Position numbers and translations under genes: made by a program | Part shown: positions 63,111-64,000 of the stretch, in pieces | Position numbering within the stretch: position 1 is the stretch's first letter | Layout: each line of letters starts with the position of its first letter | Notes under the pieces: model-generated | Databases searched by the model: none | What the model was told of the DNA's origin: nothing | Seen by the model: only the letters and a program-made list of their open reading frames with translations | Assembly (NCBI GenBank): GCA_013265495.1 | Contig: MU058463.1 | Location: 3,331,037-3,395,036, forward strand | Direction: 5' to 3' | Length of the DNA stretch: 64,000 bases | Source: Vicugna vicugna | Lineage: Eukaryota

Positions 63111-63439
63111 ATTGAACATGTCATGGAATTAGGCATTTCTTTCAGAGCATTTGAGATAAAAGGGGGTACAAGAGGCCCATATGACTACAGATTTGAAAAG
63201 ATATGCCTTGAGTATTCAGATACCATGGAAAGAGATAGTAAATAGTGGTTTAAAATATAAATGGCAAAACATAAGTTATACTAACTCAAGCTCTTTTATT
63301 TGACAATGAGCTGCTTCTCAAATAGATGATGCTAAGTAGTTAGAATTTATGATTTTAATGGTTTTCCTAAATAATACAGACCATTTGTGAAATATGCATA
63401 TGATTAAGAATTTGTATCTAGAACCAAGAAATTTGCACC

Positions 63440-63636
63440 AACCAACCACACACCGTCCCCTTTATAGTATCAAAGAAGCCTGAATTCTGACTTGGGGAAG
63501 ATGGTTCTCCATTAGTCTGCCATCTTCTCACTCTGCCAGCTTTCTGAATAGAGTCGTTTTTCCTTGCCATAACACCTCATCTCCCAATTTCCTGGCCTGC
63601 TGTGCGGCGAGCAGAACGAATTTGGAGTTGGTAACA
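63440..63636 (+). mobile_element. ERV LTR, 3' portion
   Basis: AAGATGGTTCT...AGTCTGCCATCTTCTC...TGGCCTGCTGTGCGGCGAGCAGAACGAATTTGGAGTTGGTAACA (CA terminus). Confidence 0.6.
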
Positions 63637-64000
63637 GGAGATGGGAAGGAATTATAAACCAAAGCAATGTCTCACTTCTCTCTAGGACAAGCCATATCTT
63701 AACTATCAAAATAGCAAGGAATCTTATCAGAATTTCCACGGTTACTACCACTCTAGTTTATTTTAGTCAATATTCAGTTCTGCTTAGCGTCAACTCTATC
63801 TTTAAAAAGGAATGACTTCTTTAGCTCTTCAGACGTACAGAGAATCTGAGTGCCTTCCATCTTGGAAGTGAATTCTGCGTCTAGCCTTGCTTACTGCTTG
63901 AAAAGAAGAGACATTATCACCTGCTGGACATTCACCATGTGCCCCTTGGGTGTGCCCTGTCTGAGACGCTACAGCTCTTGTGCCAGCTGGTCGTATATGC

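Noticed and set aside
1..64000. Prokaryotic-type systems (CRISPR arrays, operons, defence islands)
   Set aside because: The sequence is mammalian and repeat-rich; there is no regularly spaced repeat-spacer array and no dense coding.

Overview
Mammalian, almost certainly camelid, non-coding DNA: it carries a tRNA-derived Vic-1-type SINE at 12123-12231 and lineage-specific L1s. I recognise no host protein-coding exon, RNA gene or CRISPR array. Every long ORF is LINE-1-derived or an antisense shadow of L1. The window is dominated by transposable elements: a full-length L1 (copy A, +, 16433-23620, 14-bp TSD, two assembly gaps) nested in an ancient L1; a 3.6-kb 5'-truncated L1 (copy C, -, 52317-55886); a 0.5-kb L1 tail (copy B); and many old L1M, L2, MIR, LTR and DNA-transposon relics. 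Family names come from my recall of consensus sequences, not from a database search. The most notable result is that copies A and C are separate insertions with different TSDs and are about 7% divergent in the relevant region, yet they share two identical ORF2 nonsense codons, a YADD>YADN catalytic change, other RT substitutions and an 18-nt in-frame deletion. This suggests an ORF2-dead, trans-mobilised L1 lineage; gene conversion or assembly chimerism are the alternatives. Other highlights are a polyadenylated LTR-transcript retrocopy flanked by a 68-bp duplication, an orphan poly(A) retro-insert inside a MER2-like DNA transposon, a short 3' transduction, a fold-back 5' junction, and an ORF0-like antisense ORF in the L1 5'UTR.
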